Notes: generated from the letters alone by a model not told the origin. A stretch of 64,000 bases of DNA from Euprymna scolopes (GCA_053919585.1 CM132785.1); one strand, 5' to 3'. Shown: positions 1 through 12,550, numbered from the stretch's first letter. Made by a program: numbers and translations.

Positions 1-939
1 CGTTTCCAAAGAATAACAAAGGACAATCTTAAAACCAATGAGGGAATCAGCTGCGACACCTTCGCCTTTCATCGGCAAACAATTGTCTTATTTTCTCTAG
101 AAACACGAATAATCAAAAGCACTCAGTCACCATAAAACAGGATCGATATTATCACAGACGTAAAGCATGATTTTCAGAAACGTTTCCGTTGAAACAGGTT
201 ATTTTGACCTCAAACTACGTTGACGACAACTTCAAATGAAATCAATAGATGATGCACCAGTCAAACTTTTCCTCGGGTGAAAAAAATTTGTGAACTTAAA
301 TTTGCAAGGAGAAAACTTTCGAATATTCAAAAACTCTTACTTGTAAATAGAGGGAAAGTAACAGAATAAGTTTAAAATATGCACATATACTGATATAATG
401 AATGAACTCATTTTATTTGCTATTTAAATATTTCTGTTAAGTTGATTTAGAAATGCCAAGTTTTTATTTTTAATTTCGCTAAAGATGTCTATGAAATTTT
501 TTCTTACATAAAGCGAAACACGTATGTTAAGTTTTATATTAATTGAAACAGTTTTATTCCTTTTTACTTTTATGAATTTTCTTAATTTTCCGAATAAATA
601 TTAAGTTATTGCATTCTTTGGAGACATTTGTCTATTGATCTCTTCTTGAATATATCTTACACTACGAGTCGCTCGATGTTACCGTTCAGCTTTTTAAGGT
701 TAATATTTATCAAACATAAGACTCTGCACTAAAATTTAAACTAAAACCTTAACTTAATCCACGGAATAACATGTTTTTTTCGCCAACCAAGGCCTGGTTT
801 AAGTCCTAATTCTAAATTATATTTTTTTTGGTTTCCTATGCTTCAAAAGAGTGCATTTTACAACCGAATGTCATAGGATTCATGCTATATATTTAAGAGC
901 AGTGTTTATACTAGGTAAATAGAAAATACTAAGCACATT

Positions 940-944
<5 letters not shown>

Positions 945-999
<55 letters not shown>
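945..999. repeat. (TA)n microsatellite; similar tracts at about 3169-3217, 4128-4171, 9420-9466, 12548-12610, 17904-17945, 19728-19778, 20758-20822, 21659-21702, 25170-25217, 26087-26118, 26463-26515, 30234-30255, 31702-31765, 48400-48442, 55020-55055, 58000-58060
   Basis: Directly visible TA dinucleotide runs; they produce the IYIYIY ORF artefacts in the ORF track. Confidence 0.98.
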
Positions 1000-1000
<1 letters not shown>

Positions 1001-2390
1001 TAGTATTTCAGCCTGGCGTTTCCTGGGTGTTTGGATGTGTATGTTGAGTAAAGAAAAAAGGGGTAGTAGGAAGCCAGGCTCGAACCCGTATCGCGAAGGA
1101 GGAAACTAACAGAAAAAAAACCCTGAGTCTATGCTGTTACAAACCACCGCCAAACCGGAAGTGACATTAAAATTGAGTCTAGACAATCGACGACTTTCAA
1201 AAATACCGGTGAAAAAAGCGCCCCCCTCGAAAAAAAGTTCCAGTTTAGCCAATTTTGCAGTATTTGTATGAAATTTTGAACTTCAAAACGATCTTGATCT
1301 AGAAAAATCCTTCGCCTCTATCGAATATCTTAGGCAGACATGCCAACATACATACATACATACATTTATATATTGGTAACTAAAAGTGTTCGACCCAGAC
1401 CGATGAAAAAGCTTGCCCTATCTCTGAATATCCTTTATGTAAAATTTTAAATGTTTTGACCAGAAATTGTCTGAGTAATAAGGTGGACCGCAGAGGTAAT
1501 TTTTTTTTTAACTTTCACCGGAATTCTTACCCTTTAAAACTTATTGTTTTGGGTTCAAATCAAGTTAAGTTAGATCAATGTCCAAGGAACCTATATCTAA
1601 AATTTCAAGTGTCTAGAATCAAAATTCTGAGTTCGGTAGAGTTCTCAAAAGTCAAATCGTTGAACTTTGACCCCTTAACAGCCAAATTTCTGGCCGAAAA
1701 CAGATCAAAGATTTTCTCAAATCTCAGTACCATGTATATCAAATTTCGAGTCTGTATACTAAAAATTGACAAAGTTATTGCGTAGGGAAATGTACACAGG
1801 CAGACACTCAGCCAGATAGATACAGACACGGGCACTGTTATAGATATTTAGATGTACTAGCCTGCGTGTTTCGAGGTGTATCGTGAGCAAAACAAAAGAA
1901 AAAGCGGTAATATTTTTTAAATTTGTCCCCTAATATGATTCATTAACATTTATTATTTTCGGCCCCAATCGAGTTAAGTAAGATCCATGCTCAAGGAAGC
2001 TATGTCTAAAATTACAAGTGTTTAGGCCGAAAATTGGCGGAGGAGTTTGGTAGAATTTGCAATGGTCATATCTTTGAACTTTCACCCCTTATCCGCCAAA
2101 TTTCTGACCGAAAACGAATCACATAGATTTTCCCAAATCTCAGTAGCCAGTATATCAAATTTCGAGTATGTAGACCTTACATTGACAGTACTTGCGTAGA
2201 GAAATGTACACAGACACGTTCACGTTTGTAGATACACTAGCATGGTTATCCGACGTTCCCCGGGTAGTTGAAGGTGTATGTTGAGAAAAAAAAAGCAGCG
2301 GGCATTTTTTTCTACTTTGGCCCCTATTAACACCCCTTAATATGTATTCTTTTGACAAACCAAGTTATTAAGTTAGGTCCATGCCCACTA
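998..2390 (+). mobile_element. Head-to-tail array of non-autonomous Helentron/HINE (DINE-1-like) repeats; units start at about 998, 1856 and 2236
   Basis: Units begin (T)ACTAG, followed at 998 and 2236 by a GC-rich palindrome of the CCCGGCGTTGCCCGGG type. A shared core (AAGTTAGATCCATG..AAATTTCAAGTGT..CCAAATTTCTG..GAAATGTACACA) lies at 1563-1800 and 1975-2210. Units end in a CA/GACA microsatellite plus TATAGAT-like tail. No ORF. Confidence 0.7.
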
Positions 2391-3165
2391 AAACTCGTTC
2401 TCGAATTTTTCGCAACAAGCCCTGTCGAAGTGCATGAAGTACTAAGTTGAGATAAGTTGCAAATTCAAACGTCTTTGGTGGGTTGAAATGCAAATAATTT
2501 GCAAGGGCAAAACTGTAACCACAATTGCAGATTATTTTGGACTTGTATAAACTGCTACTACGTTTGAAATACGTCCACTGGTAGAACCACAGTCAGTTTT
2601 CATGTCGGGACTTTCTTACTCCTTAAAAAGGGCACACCCATTTAGAACAAAAATGTATATCACGTAAATTCACAAACGCTACGGCAGATTAGATACTACA
2701 CTTTTATCTGATATTAAAAAAAAATAATCAGTTTAAGATTCTATCACACCGTAAAATAGTAATATTCCATGTATTCAAACTATGACTCTCGTTTAGTGAG
2801 GTAAAATATTTATTGATATTAGTAATATCTTTCTACTGATCGTATACCTGCTACTACATTGGGTATAACTGAGGATGTATACATTTTCTTAGAAAAGCAA
2901 AGAAAATGTGAGGAAACTAGTGTCTCGTGAAAATAAAATGAAACGAGTGTCTAATGAGAACAAAGGATACAACTCTATCCTATATAAAACGCAAATCACT
3001 AGAAAGAATGATAAACAGGCGGGGGTGATGTCTAAAAGGTTAGTATCACAACAGCAAACTACATAGTAAAATGAAGTGAGCATTAGAAAAAATACGGGTG
3101 TACATTGATGCACTAATGTGGTTCCGGGTTCAAACAGATAAACACATTTCCACTATCAATGTATG

Positions 3166-3220
<55 letters not shown>

Positions 3221-4124
3221 ATTACAATAGAAAAATGCGAGCATGGAAAGTAATAGAGTTCCGCTTAAATGTGGAACAGTAAAGGACTAGTCGTTAATAC
3301 TGAAAAAAGAGCACAAGATATTATAGTAATACATTTATAAGACACTCTACTGCAGAATTAAAATTGATTATATGGTATAAATTGAATTTTAAAAAGATAT
3401 TAATTCAAAATTACCAGGTTTCTGTTATGCACTGAGGAAAGCTAAATTTTACTTAGTTCATTATTTTATTAATAGATTACTAATGCCATTATAATATATA
3501 TACTTACATGAAATAGATTAAACAAAAAGTTATTTAGCAATTTTCAAATATATATAAAACAATCGATGTCTGACATTATGTTGAACTACGAAGGACGAGA
3601 AGAGTACAGATTAAACTAGAAAATTGCCAGACCAGTACATAAAGGAAAATGCCACCTCATGAAGTATGTGAGAAACAATGCCATTATTAATTTGTTTCTT
3701 TAAAATACTTTAATCATAATGGATGAGACAGGATATTCAAATATATAAAACACTATCTGGCAACGCCTGGTTCTTAAGTTTGTTCCATATAATCAAAAAG
3801 AAACGCAAGAGCGTGAAAAAAAGAAAAATAGGAAAACAACGCACAAATGAGGCTCAAATATTGAAGTTGCCTTAATAATAAAATCAGTTATCGGAAGAAA
3901 GACTTTTGCCCTAGGAAGCTAAGTATATTAAATTCCAATACAAAGAGAGGAAATAATAAAATGGATGTCATTCTTCCTTTCTACTCTAACAACAGAATAC
4001 ACTAAATATTCGGTTTATTAAAAACGACGATTGACAGCTGCTTGGAAATTTATAACCCCGATGTTACTCTAAAAGAAAACTAACAGAACATATTAATAAA
4101 ATAAAAAAGAAGTAATTGATCCAT

Positions 4125-4175
<51 letters not shown>

Positions 4176-4239
4176 AAAACATTTTTAAAAAGAATTAAAC
4201 ACATATGTAATCTGAAAAGGAAATACTTAATAACTGGAT

Positions 4240-5500
4240 AGGCCTTAATCCGCGAGGTTTCGAAGAAATACTTTACTTCTCATCAGAGGGTAGGAAATTA
4301 GCAAAATGCGGGATTGACTTCCTTGCAGTTTCAAATACTTTCGTATGCAAAATGCAATGATGTTACTTGATAACAAAAATGAAGCAACTTTGAGTCTATA
4401 TTTTAAAGGAAAATATTGATGCCTTAAACGTTTACCAATTTTATTTAATTATATATTGTCTTATAAAATACACTTCATTATATACAGTGCTTTTATTTTC
4501 TGATATAGAATTTATCTGCATTATATAGTGTTGATCATTCATACATTCTAATAGTTCTAACGTTAGTTCAGGTCTAAGTTAATGGAAGCGCTCTATTTCT
4601 ATTATGCTGTTTTATTTTCTAAGAGTAGAAGAATGCAAATTATCATCGAAGGCCGATTAAATTTTATATTTATTATAGTTTTGTCTTTCGTTGACTGTTG
4701 TGCTAGCGTTTCTGTAGTTTCTATGAGATGAGAGATCTGGATTTAAGGGAACATACTTTCGTAAATAGAATGAGTTGTTGCAGATACTTTTGCATCATTA
4801 CCCAAAAAGGGGAAAAAGTATAAAAATTGAACAAGTATGTGTATTACATTCCTACAGTTCATATTTAAACGCAGAATTTACTATTTTACACTATGATGAC
4901 TCAATAGTCAATGGTCTTCTAACACCAATTAATACATAGAAGTGCATTTCCTCATATACTACGTTAACATTTCCTGTTTAATCCATAGACACACAATTTA
5001 AAATCAGCGAGGGAAATGAAGAAATTGGAACATCTGCACTCTTTGCAATTTCTTTGGAATATTGTAGAACTGCAACCTCCTTCACTCGTTCCAATGCACT
5101 GAGTGTTACGTAGTGTTATTATTACAATGATGAATGTATGTTCTTTTGTGTTTATGTTAAGAAGGATAATAGTCTTAAGTGTTCATGGAAGTAAGAGATC
5201 TTTGAGGTTCATGTGTAAGTGTTCATGTTGTGAGATATGGAGACATTAACAGGTGTATATAAATGAAAGAGTTTATAATTGAGAGAGAGAGAGTACATAC
5301 AATTACACTTTGATAGGGGATTTGATATCTAGATAGACTGATAGATTGGCATTTATACCTATAGATTGAGAGGTTGACATTTACGCTTTGACAGTTCGTA
5401 TGGACGGGAGTGTTTATATAACATAAATAGAATTAGCCATATACTTTCTAAACATATTTTTTAGATGAACTTCGGATAGTTCTTTTATATAAATTAACAA
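4240..5500 (-). mobile_element. Heavily decayed Penelope-like element (RT and GIY-YIG remnants) with terminal hammerhead motif
   Basis: Minus strand carries degraded motifs resembling PxxYxLxKxxK (about 5405), SLYTxV (about 5260) and GQT/SAF..L (4620-4700). CTGATGAG..CGAAAC lies at the 3' end next to a (TA)n tract. Confidence 0.55.
4243..4289 (-). ncRNA. Hammerhead-ribozyme-like core (Penelope terminal-repeat type)
   Basis: Minus strand reads CCT CTGATGA GAAG taaagtattt CTTC GAAA CCTCGCGGATTA AGG: both catalytic boxes, a 4-bp stem II and a CCT/AGG stem I. Stem III is imperfect. Confidence 0.55.
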
Positions 5501-5512
5501 TACCTTTTTTCA

Positions 5513-6110
5513 TGTAATGATGGACACAGGAGACGCCAGTTATAAAAAAAACATGAACATTTATTCTTCCACTTGACCGGTCAATGGCTTTGCATCCAGG
5601 AATTCAAAGTTTCTTACATTTTCTTTTTCTGTTTTAAACCCTCTCGCTTCCAGACGGGCCAAGATTCGAACTGCTCGGACTCTAGTCTGACTTTGACTCT
5701 CTGACTCCCCTCTAACTAACTCTCACTTCCTATATTGAGAAATCTATGCATATCCGGCGAACGTGACCACAGTTCACGTGCCATCAACATGCGCGACCTG
5801 CACGCTTCGAAACATTCTGCTGTCCCATTTTCCTTTGTCGTTCTCACAAAGGAATTCAACCTACATATCTAACTCATTTAACCCATTTTCTATTATCCAA
5901 AATTCTTTCTACAATGAATAATTTCCAGCAAAAATTATATTTATTCAGAATGAACAATTTACTGGACATTCCATTTAAAACCTATTGTTCTTTAAAACTT
6001 ATCTCCAGGGTTCGATTCCCGTTTTGTCTCATTCTATTTTCATTTATCAATTCTCTTTATTTTTACTTACATCAAAAAGGGGACAATCATCTTTCATGTA
6101 GAATGAGTAA
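5513..6110 (-). mobile_element. Solo-LTR-like repeat (paralog of 48608-49260)
   Basis: Colinear shared blocks with 48640-49260: GAATTCAAAG, CTCGCTTC.AGACG, GACTCTCTGACTC, CAAAGGAATT.AACCTA, CTTACAT.AAAAGGGGA, ATGAGTAAT. Starts TGTAATG; AATAAA on the minus strand near 5560. Confidence 0.55.
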
Positions 6111-6115
6111 TCGTC

Positions 6116-8280
6116 TGTCAGGCGACCCCCCCCACAAAAAAACACACTTCTTAACTCCTCCAAGCTACCCGCTTTATATTACATACACCCACGTGCATCT
6201 CGCGGGATCACATAATACCGTTTCTGTTAAATATCGCAGACGCATTCTTGGTTTTTCTTTTTCCTGTTCAACACGCATGACAGGGAGACACGTGGGCGCT
6301 TTACAGGTAGGCTCTTTGCATGTTCATTTGTTTTCCCCACACACACCCTGATCTCATGATCACAGATGGCAGGATGTGAAGCTCTCTTCCGGCTGGTGCT
6401 CCTTTGAAAGGGGACTGTGTAGGCCTCTTGATCACTTGCACTCTCATCTGTAGTTTGAGGGTCGAAGCTCACTGCCTCCCCTGAAAGGCTACTAATATCG
6501 GATTCGCTGCTAATGAGAACAAAGATGGTTCAAACCAGAGAGATTGCCTACTGGCCTCAAACTCAAAGTCGCTCCCTTCGTCCAGTGGTGGTTGCACCTG
6601 TGTCGCCGGCATCAGACCCTCTTACATGACGGGGCACGCCGTCAACCATGACTGACTGCTGACTAACAAGATCGGTCACTAGGCCATGTGTATATCTATC
6701 AATACACCGGCTTACCGGAAGCTTCACCCAGACAGGATCCCCTGGTGCATACAACCGCTGTCCTTCCTCATTAGCGATTTCTCTGTTGGGCTAGATTCCC
6801 TTTTCTCGGATACGGTATAGGTAAATTATGTTGGCATGTGCTATTCCTTGACAGGCACGACCCTTCGGCGTGATATCATATATGATATATATGGCTTCTG
6901 AGACAGTGCACTGCTTCCTGGAAGCAATTCTTTTGATGCTGCAATGGCTCCTCTCAGAAAAATCATTGCCTTAGGGCACATAAGCACACCGCAGTTTTAT
7001 CCGTACTGCTCACTCCTTTAGCAACTGTCTGATCTGCCGGCTGTAGAAGGTCTGCTCATTGTCCGTCAGCAACTATTCGGGCGCGCCTCTTTCAAGGAAC
7101 ATGGAGGACAGCTGGGGAATAATGTAGGTGGAGTCCTGGCTCCCGAGTGGTCTCCAAACAGCGAAGCGCGTAGGTCAACAATCGATTAGGGTGAGAAAGT
7201 GATTGCCACCGTAATGTGTAATATCCATGCCCATCTCCACCACGTGCCACTCACTCATAATTGCCCTTTCTCCCACTGTATCGGAGCCGAGTCGATTGAT
7301 TGACCTGGCTGGCAACTTTCCACTACTCTCTTGACATATGTCCTTACTTCTGGGTCAACGATTTTGGCAAAATACAGTGTTCGCTAAACCCCTGGATGTC
7401 CACATTGCCGATAAAACTTACTGATACGATCCGCATCCATATCACACGCGACAGCTGCACGTGGCTATTGCATAATATCAGAACCTCCCCAGATATCAGC
7501 CAGCAGCAACCATGTCAGCGTATCTGCTCTGTTGCTTGCAGACCTGATCAACGTTACGTATACGATCAGGTTTTACTCTTTGACTGTATCGACCAGAGTG
7601 GCGAGCCGTCTCCGTATCAACATCTCACCCACTACCCTTGTGGTTAGCCGTGCTCTTCCAATAAATGCATCGGTCCGTGATAATATGGAGTACCCTCGCT
7701 TGCACTGAAGCCCCAGAGTAACTCCTTTCAATGTGGCATCAAGTGCAGACAGGTTTATGCGCCAAAAATCATTCTCTGGCCGAAGCCAACTGGCATATTT
7801 GATAATGCCATCATCAACTGTTACGGCAACTTCAAGGGATAGTGAACTAGCCTCCATCCAGACCGTGAACTCGTTCCCGGTAACTCACCAGTTCACTCGC
7901 ACAGGGTTGTCACGAGTAACCATGCCCAAACTTTCTGTCAGCATTCGAACAGGACCGCGAGATTCTTCAGTTCTGCCAGATAAGCATCAACCGTTAACTT
8001 GCGAGGTAACTTGCGAGCCATAAACTCCTTCCATGCAGTAACCGGATCTGGTGTAACGATGTGTAGAGAGCGTTTTTGGTGCAGGTGAAATTTGCCTTCT
8101 TTTCATCCGTTACCTGCTCGTATACAGTATATGCGTTACTTGCTGGTATACAGAATATGTGCTCATTGGGACCAAGTATTTAAGACGCTTCACACCACTG
8201 AGCTGACATATCAGTTCTGCCTTTTCAACCCAGTCCTGTACTGACTGTTCAGGGTTGTTGAACATCTCCACTGTTTGAAA
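6116..8280 (-). mobile_element. Ty3/Gypsy LTR retrotransposon, internally deleted, with 3' LTR (about 6116-6343) and no 5' LTR
   Basis: Minus strand, 5' to 3': gag fragment (SVQDWVEKAELICQLSGVKR, 8170-8260), RNase H-type segment (EASSL..ASWLRPEND..INLSALDATLKGV; LIRRRLATL..TVKE), integrase remnants (6850-7300), C-terminus PGDPVWVK..VMVDGVPRHV and RSTSRKR..CDHEIR, then a purine tract and TG..CA LTR with AATATA. Many stops and frameshifts. Confidence 0.85.
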
Positions 8281-9418
8281 TTAATTTAGAATATCATATT
8301 GTGAATTAAATCAATTTATATACCTTCCCTTAGGTATCAGAAATGAGAAGGTAATTCTGTAGAAGAAAACATAATTCACTGACGTAATAGCCTGATCTAC
8401 TGCGAATATATGTGATGTGTAATTTATTATTTCTTTGAATAGTCGCCCGTATAAATTTAAGATATTTCGATAGTAAACGTAGGAAAGTAAATGGCCGAAT
8501 AGCATACTTGTTATTTACAATTAAATTTACATTTTTCACTCCTCGAATATAAAAACTGCAATAAATAACACACTGTTGAAATTCTTTAAATGAAAACATT
8601 CACACCATTACTAAAGAAAGGTTTTATAGTTATTGTGTAAGAAAAACTGAAAGAAAATAATAATGGCTGCGGTTAAAAAAAATACCATTGAAAAGGGTGT
8701 AGCTTGTTTTCAATTCCTGCTTAGAATTTAAAGGTTACCCACCTACGGAGGGTGTACTTTTTTCTACTTTCCATAGTGATGGACGTTAATCTTTTGAATA
8801 GGTACAGAAACGTATTCATTCACACTTGTAAAAATAGCATAAAAAGGTCAACCTAAATCTAATCAATATAAAGGAGTATTCTTCGATAAAAAACGGCCTT
8901 TTTTGGCGGTTCGATTTCACGAGTTCGCAGAAAAGATAAAAAAGTGAACAATTATTCTTGTTTAATTTGACTTACATTATCTCAAAGGCGAATTGCTACA
9001 GAGACACGGAAAACTATTGTTTAATATCAACTACGGATTACCATTTTACTACGGTGCAGTTTACTCGTGAAATGTTGTGTAGCAGATGTTTCCCTTCATT
9101 GAATGTCTGCTTATTAACGCTTAACAAAAAGTATATTGAATATCCATCCATTGATGCATTTTTATTAACCTTATGATTCGCATACTTTTATTGAGTTTCT
9201 TGATATCTTTATAATTAGATTTTGTCTAGGAATATATCCGATACTTGCAGAGCGTTACAATGCGAAGGATGTGTGTCGTAAACAAGTAGTCATCTTTTCT
9301 TCACATTTCAGGCTTGCTAATCAAAATATTTGAATAAGAAATATACTAACCGTTCACGTATCTATAATGTATATGTTGCACGTAAGCATCTCTAGTCAAT
9401 AAAAAAGACGAATGCGTA

Positions 9419-9468
<50 letters not shown>

Positions 9469-10851
9469 CTAGAACTACCTATGAGTATTCTACAGTATTT
9501 TAATATTTTATAGCACATTATAAAATGAATAAAAATTAAATAAAATCAATACCAATAAATTTAAAACAAGTATTAATAAATTCTTTTTTACTGTTTTAAG
9601 CTGAAAATAATGTATTTAAATAATTACATTTTTATTATGAATTAAACGGACAAAACGCTGTTTTTTTTCTGATTAAGTTTTAATAACAACTAAAAAGGCA
9701 CACGTGTAAATCCACGTGCACATATTTCTAATTTTTTTATTAGTCTCCTCAACATGGATTTGTTTAAAATAAAATAGGCAATTTATAACAGAAAAATGAC
9801 ATTGCTGATTTTGTAGTGTTTTGAAAGTTTTGGAAGGAAAAATAAATATCATGATTTTAACTGATAAAGAGCGACTATACAGGGAGCAATTTCGTTGCTC
9901 AATTATGTTTGCGATGATTTTTTTTCTGACAACGCACATCGAATAAGTACATAGGTGTATATATACTAGCATATACACTTAACGTTTTCTCTGATTTAAT
10001 AAGGATCAACAATAATCTAACCTTCCAGACTTTTGCCATCGAAATCTGCGAAATGACCCGCTTTTTTTTGTTTTTGTGTTTTGTTTTGCTAAAACGATTG
10101 ATTTCCTATTCTAGCTAGTGGACTAAAACTTTCGTTTAACACGCGCACTTTGTCTAATAACACCTTACGACTGTCTTTATAGGTGAGTGTGTGTTTGCTT
10201 CATAAAACCCCTTCTGATGTTAGTTTCATAAAAGTGTATACTTTGGTCAAAATTTAACTTCCTACTTTAATCCGATTTCTTCGATTATCGAGACTTATCC
10301 CACGCAAAAAAACCTATCTCAGACTACTTCTAGACATTACCATGTGAGATTTCATACAAATAGGTCCAGTCGTCCCTGAGTCCAAAGAAAACAAACACGC
10401 GTCTAATTACGTCAATCTATTTTGGTTTGGTATTGGTTATGCAATTTCTTAAAATGTACTGGTCGAGAATTCTTATGTTAGTTCTAATATTTGTAAAAAC
10501 AGAATGCTAGAGATAATGTAATCAAAGCGAAACAAATATTTAAAGAATCTTATTAATGCTAAAATGTTTTAATAGAAAAGAAAGTTAGTTGTCATAACTA
10601 GCAAAGAAAAATGTTTTTAAATTTGCCTGACGTAGGTGACCATTACGCTAGACTACGTCGAACTATCTTAGATAACGTGGATCTTAGGAGCGAGTATGAC
10701 AATATATGCATCAGAGTGTTGAGTCAGAGAGACTAGAAGCGGTTGATAGTCGCCGAAACAATACGATCGTGGACAGCAATGGCAGAGAATACGGAAAATG
10801 TCGATATTAAAATACTACGGACCGTTTTGCAGCTTTTTCATGAGGGAAATA

Positions 10852-11892
10852 CAGTAAAACTCCTTTAATTTGAACTTCCTCTAAAGTTTGATTTGCTCTC
10901 ATTAGGACTTATTCTAAACATGCGATTTCTCTAAACTTGAACTGTCTCGTCATTGAAATTGTATTTTGATGCGGAGTTGCAGTAAAACTGTTTACATGGT
11001 TTAGCCAGATATTGCTCAGAAATGTTAATATTGGCACTATGTAATTAGTGTAGATTATCTATTGGTAATTAATTTACACTAACTGTATTTTTTCATGTTG
11101 CTATATTTAAAATAGTGTAAAATAACCCATCACAATCGGCCTAGAAAAAAAATTCTTGAAACCAAACGGTTACCGACCAACCACGCTGTTCTTAAATCAC
11201 TTAATGCAAATGATGTTGAAATGTGGGTGCAGCAAGATGCGGACACTACTGATCAATATCATAAGGGCAGTAATGTTGATGAAAATAGCGACAGCTCCCA
11301 TTCTCTTGACCGTGATGTAAATAACCAAGAACACTGTGATGAAGCAATATCATGGGATGATGCAGAAAACTCTATGGAGGCGGTTGTAAAATTTCTAGAA
11401 AAAAAACTCATTACTTTAGTGACAACTATGATTTGCAAGCAATGCCACTCCGAAGAGATATAATCATAAAGAAACTACAGGAACAAAAAATTGGAGATTT
11501 CCTTATCGCTTACGAAATACAATAGCAGAGCCCGAGAGCTCAATCGATGAAAATAGAAACTGCAATTTGACTCATTCAATGAATAAAAAAAAACTGTATT
11601 TTACATAAATGTATGATTTCTGTAGATGATAACTTAGGTAATAAATACCTACCAAGTAACAGTAGATTTAATTTATATTCGATGTTTTTTTTTCCTGGTA
11701 ATAATATTTAACAATTCTTACTTGCAATATATCGTAAACGTTACTTAATATATACTTGAAGTATCATACAGCAATCAATTCCATTTACTATTTCTTAATT
11801 CTTAGAAAAGGGTAACTGCAGCACATTTTTTTATCACAAAAGCATCCTCTAATTTGACCGAATCGGATGTTAAAATTATAGGACTTATATTA
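10852..11892 (+). mobile_element. pogo/Tigger-like DNA transposon deletion derivative
   Basis: TA|CAGTAAAACTCCTTTAATTTGAAC at the left end; degenerate inverted copy GTTAAAATTATAGGACTTATATTA|TA at the right end (20/26 match including TA). Internal acidic transposase C-terminus ISWDDAENSMEAVVKFLEK and EQKIGDF. Confidence 0.7.
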
Positions 11893-12149
11893 TATATGGA
11901 ATACAGCTGATGTAATGCAATCAGGAGTTGAAGTTTTACGATTGCACATTTGGAGCTTTTCTGAGTATCGGTCAAATGAAAACATGGGATGCTTCTCTAT
12001 TTTTCCAGATACTGTTTTATGCCTTTAATGTTATAATTGTTATAATTGTTATATGGCCTGTTTAGTTATCTATCGGGAGATCAAATATATGCACTTCTCA
12101 ATAAACAAACAATATACACACACGTCTTTATTATTACGAATATAAAATA

Positions 12150-12545
12150 ATTAGCATTTCATCCCGGCGTTGCCCGGGTGTTTGGTGGTGTACGTTGAGC
12201 AAAAAAAAAAAAGCTGTCAATTTTTTAAAACTTTGACCTCTATTATGACCTCTTAATAACGTGTTTGAGCCTCAAACAATAACTGTTAAGTTAGATCCAT
12301 GTCAAATGAACCTATATCTAAAATTCCAAGTGTTTAGACCAAAATTGTCGGAGTAGTTTGATAGAGTTCTCAAAGGTCAAATCGTTGAATTTCGACCTCT
12401 TAACAGCCAAATTTCTGGTGAAAACGAATTAAAAGATTTTCCTTAATCTCAGTACCCTGTATATCATATTTCGAGTCTGTAGACTGGAAATTGGCAGCTA
12501 TTGCGTTGGAAAATGTACACAGATGAACACCCGAACATCCACTTT

Positions 12546-12550
<5 letters not shown>
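12150..12550 (+). mobile_element. Helentron/HINE-like non-autonomous repeat
   Basis: Starts TTAGCATTTCATCCCGGCGTTGCCCGGG, has the same core as 1563-1800 and ends CACTTTTATTA running into (TA)n. Confidence 0.75.

Noticed and set aside
1456-1835. ORFs of 109 and 76 aa
   Set aside because: They lie within the multi-copy non-coding HINE core, and the frames are not preserved in other copies.
3540-4110. MULE transposase relic
   Set aside because: Only a vague LKYF-like motif; no TIR or catalytic motif.
8318-8360. Micro-exon candidates
   Set aside because: Equally plausible splice pairs occur on both strands with nothing to link them to, consistent with chance.
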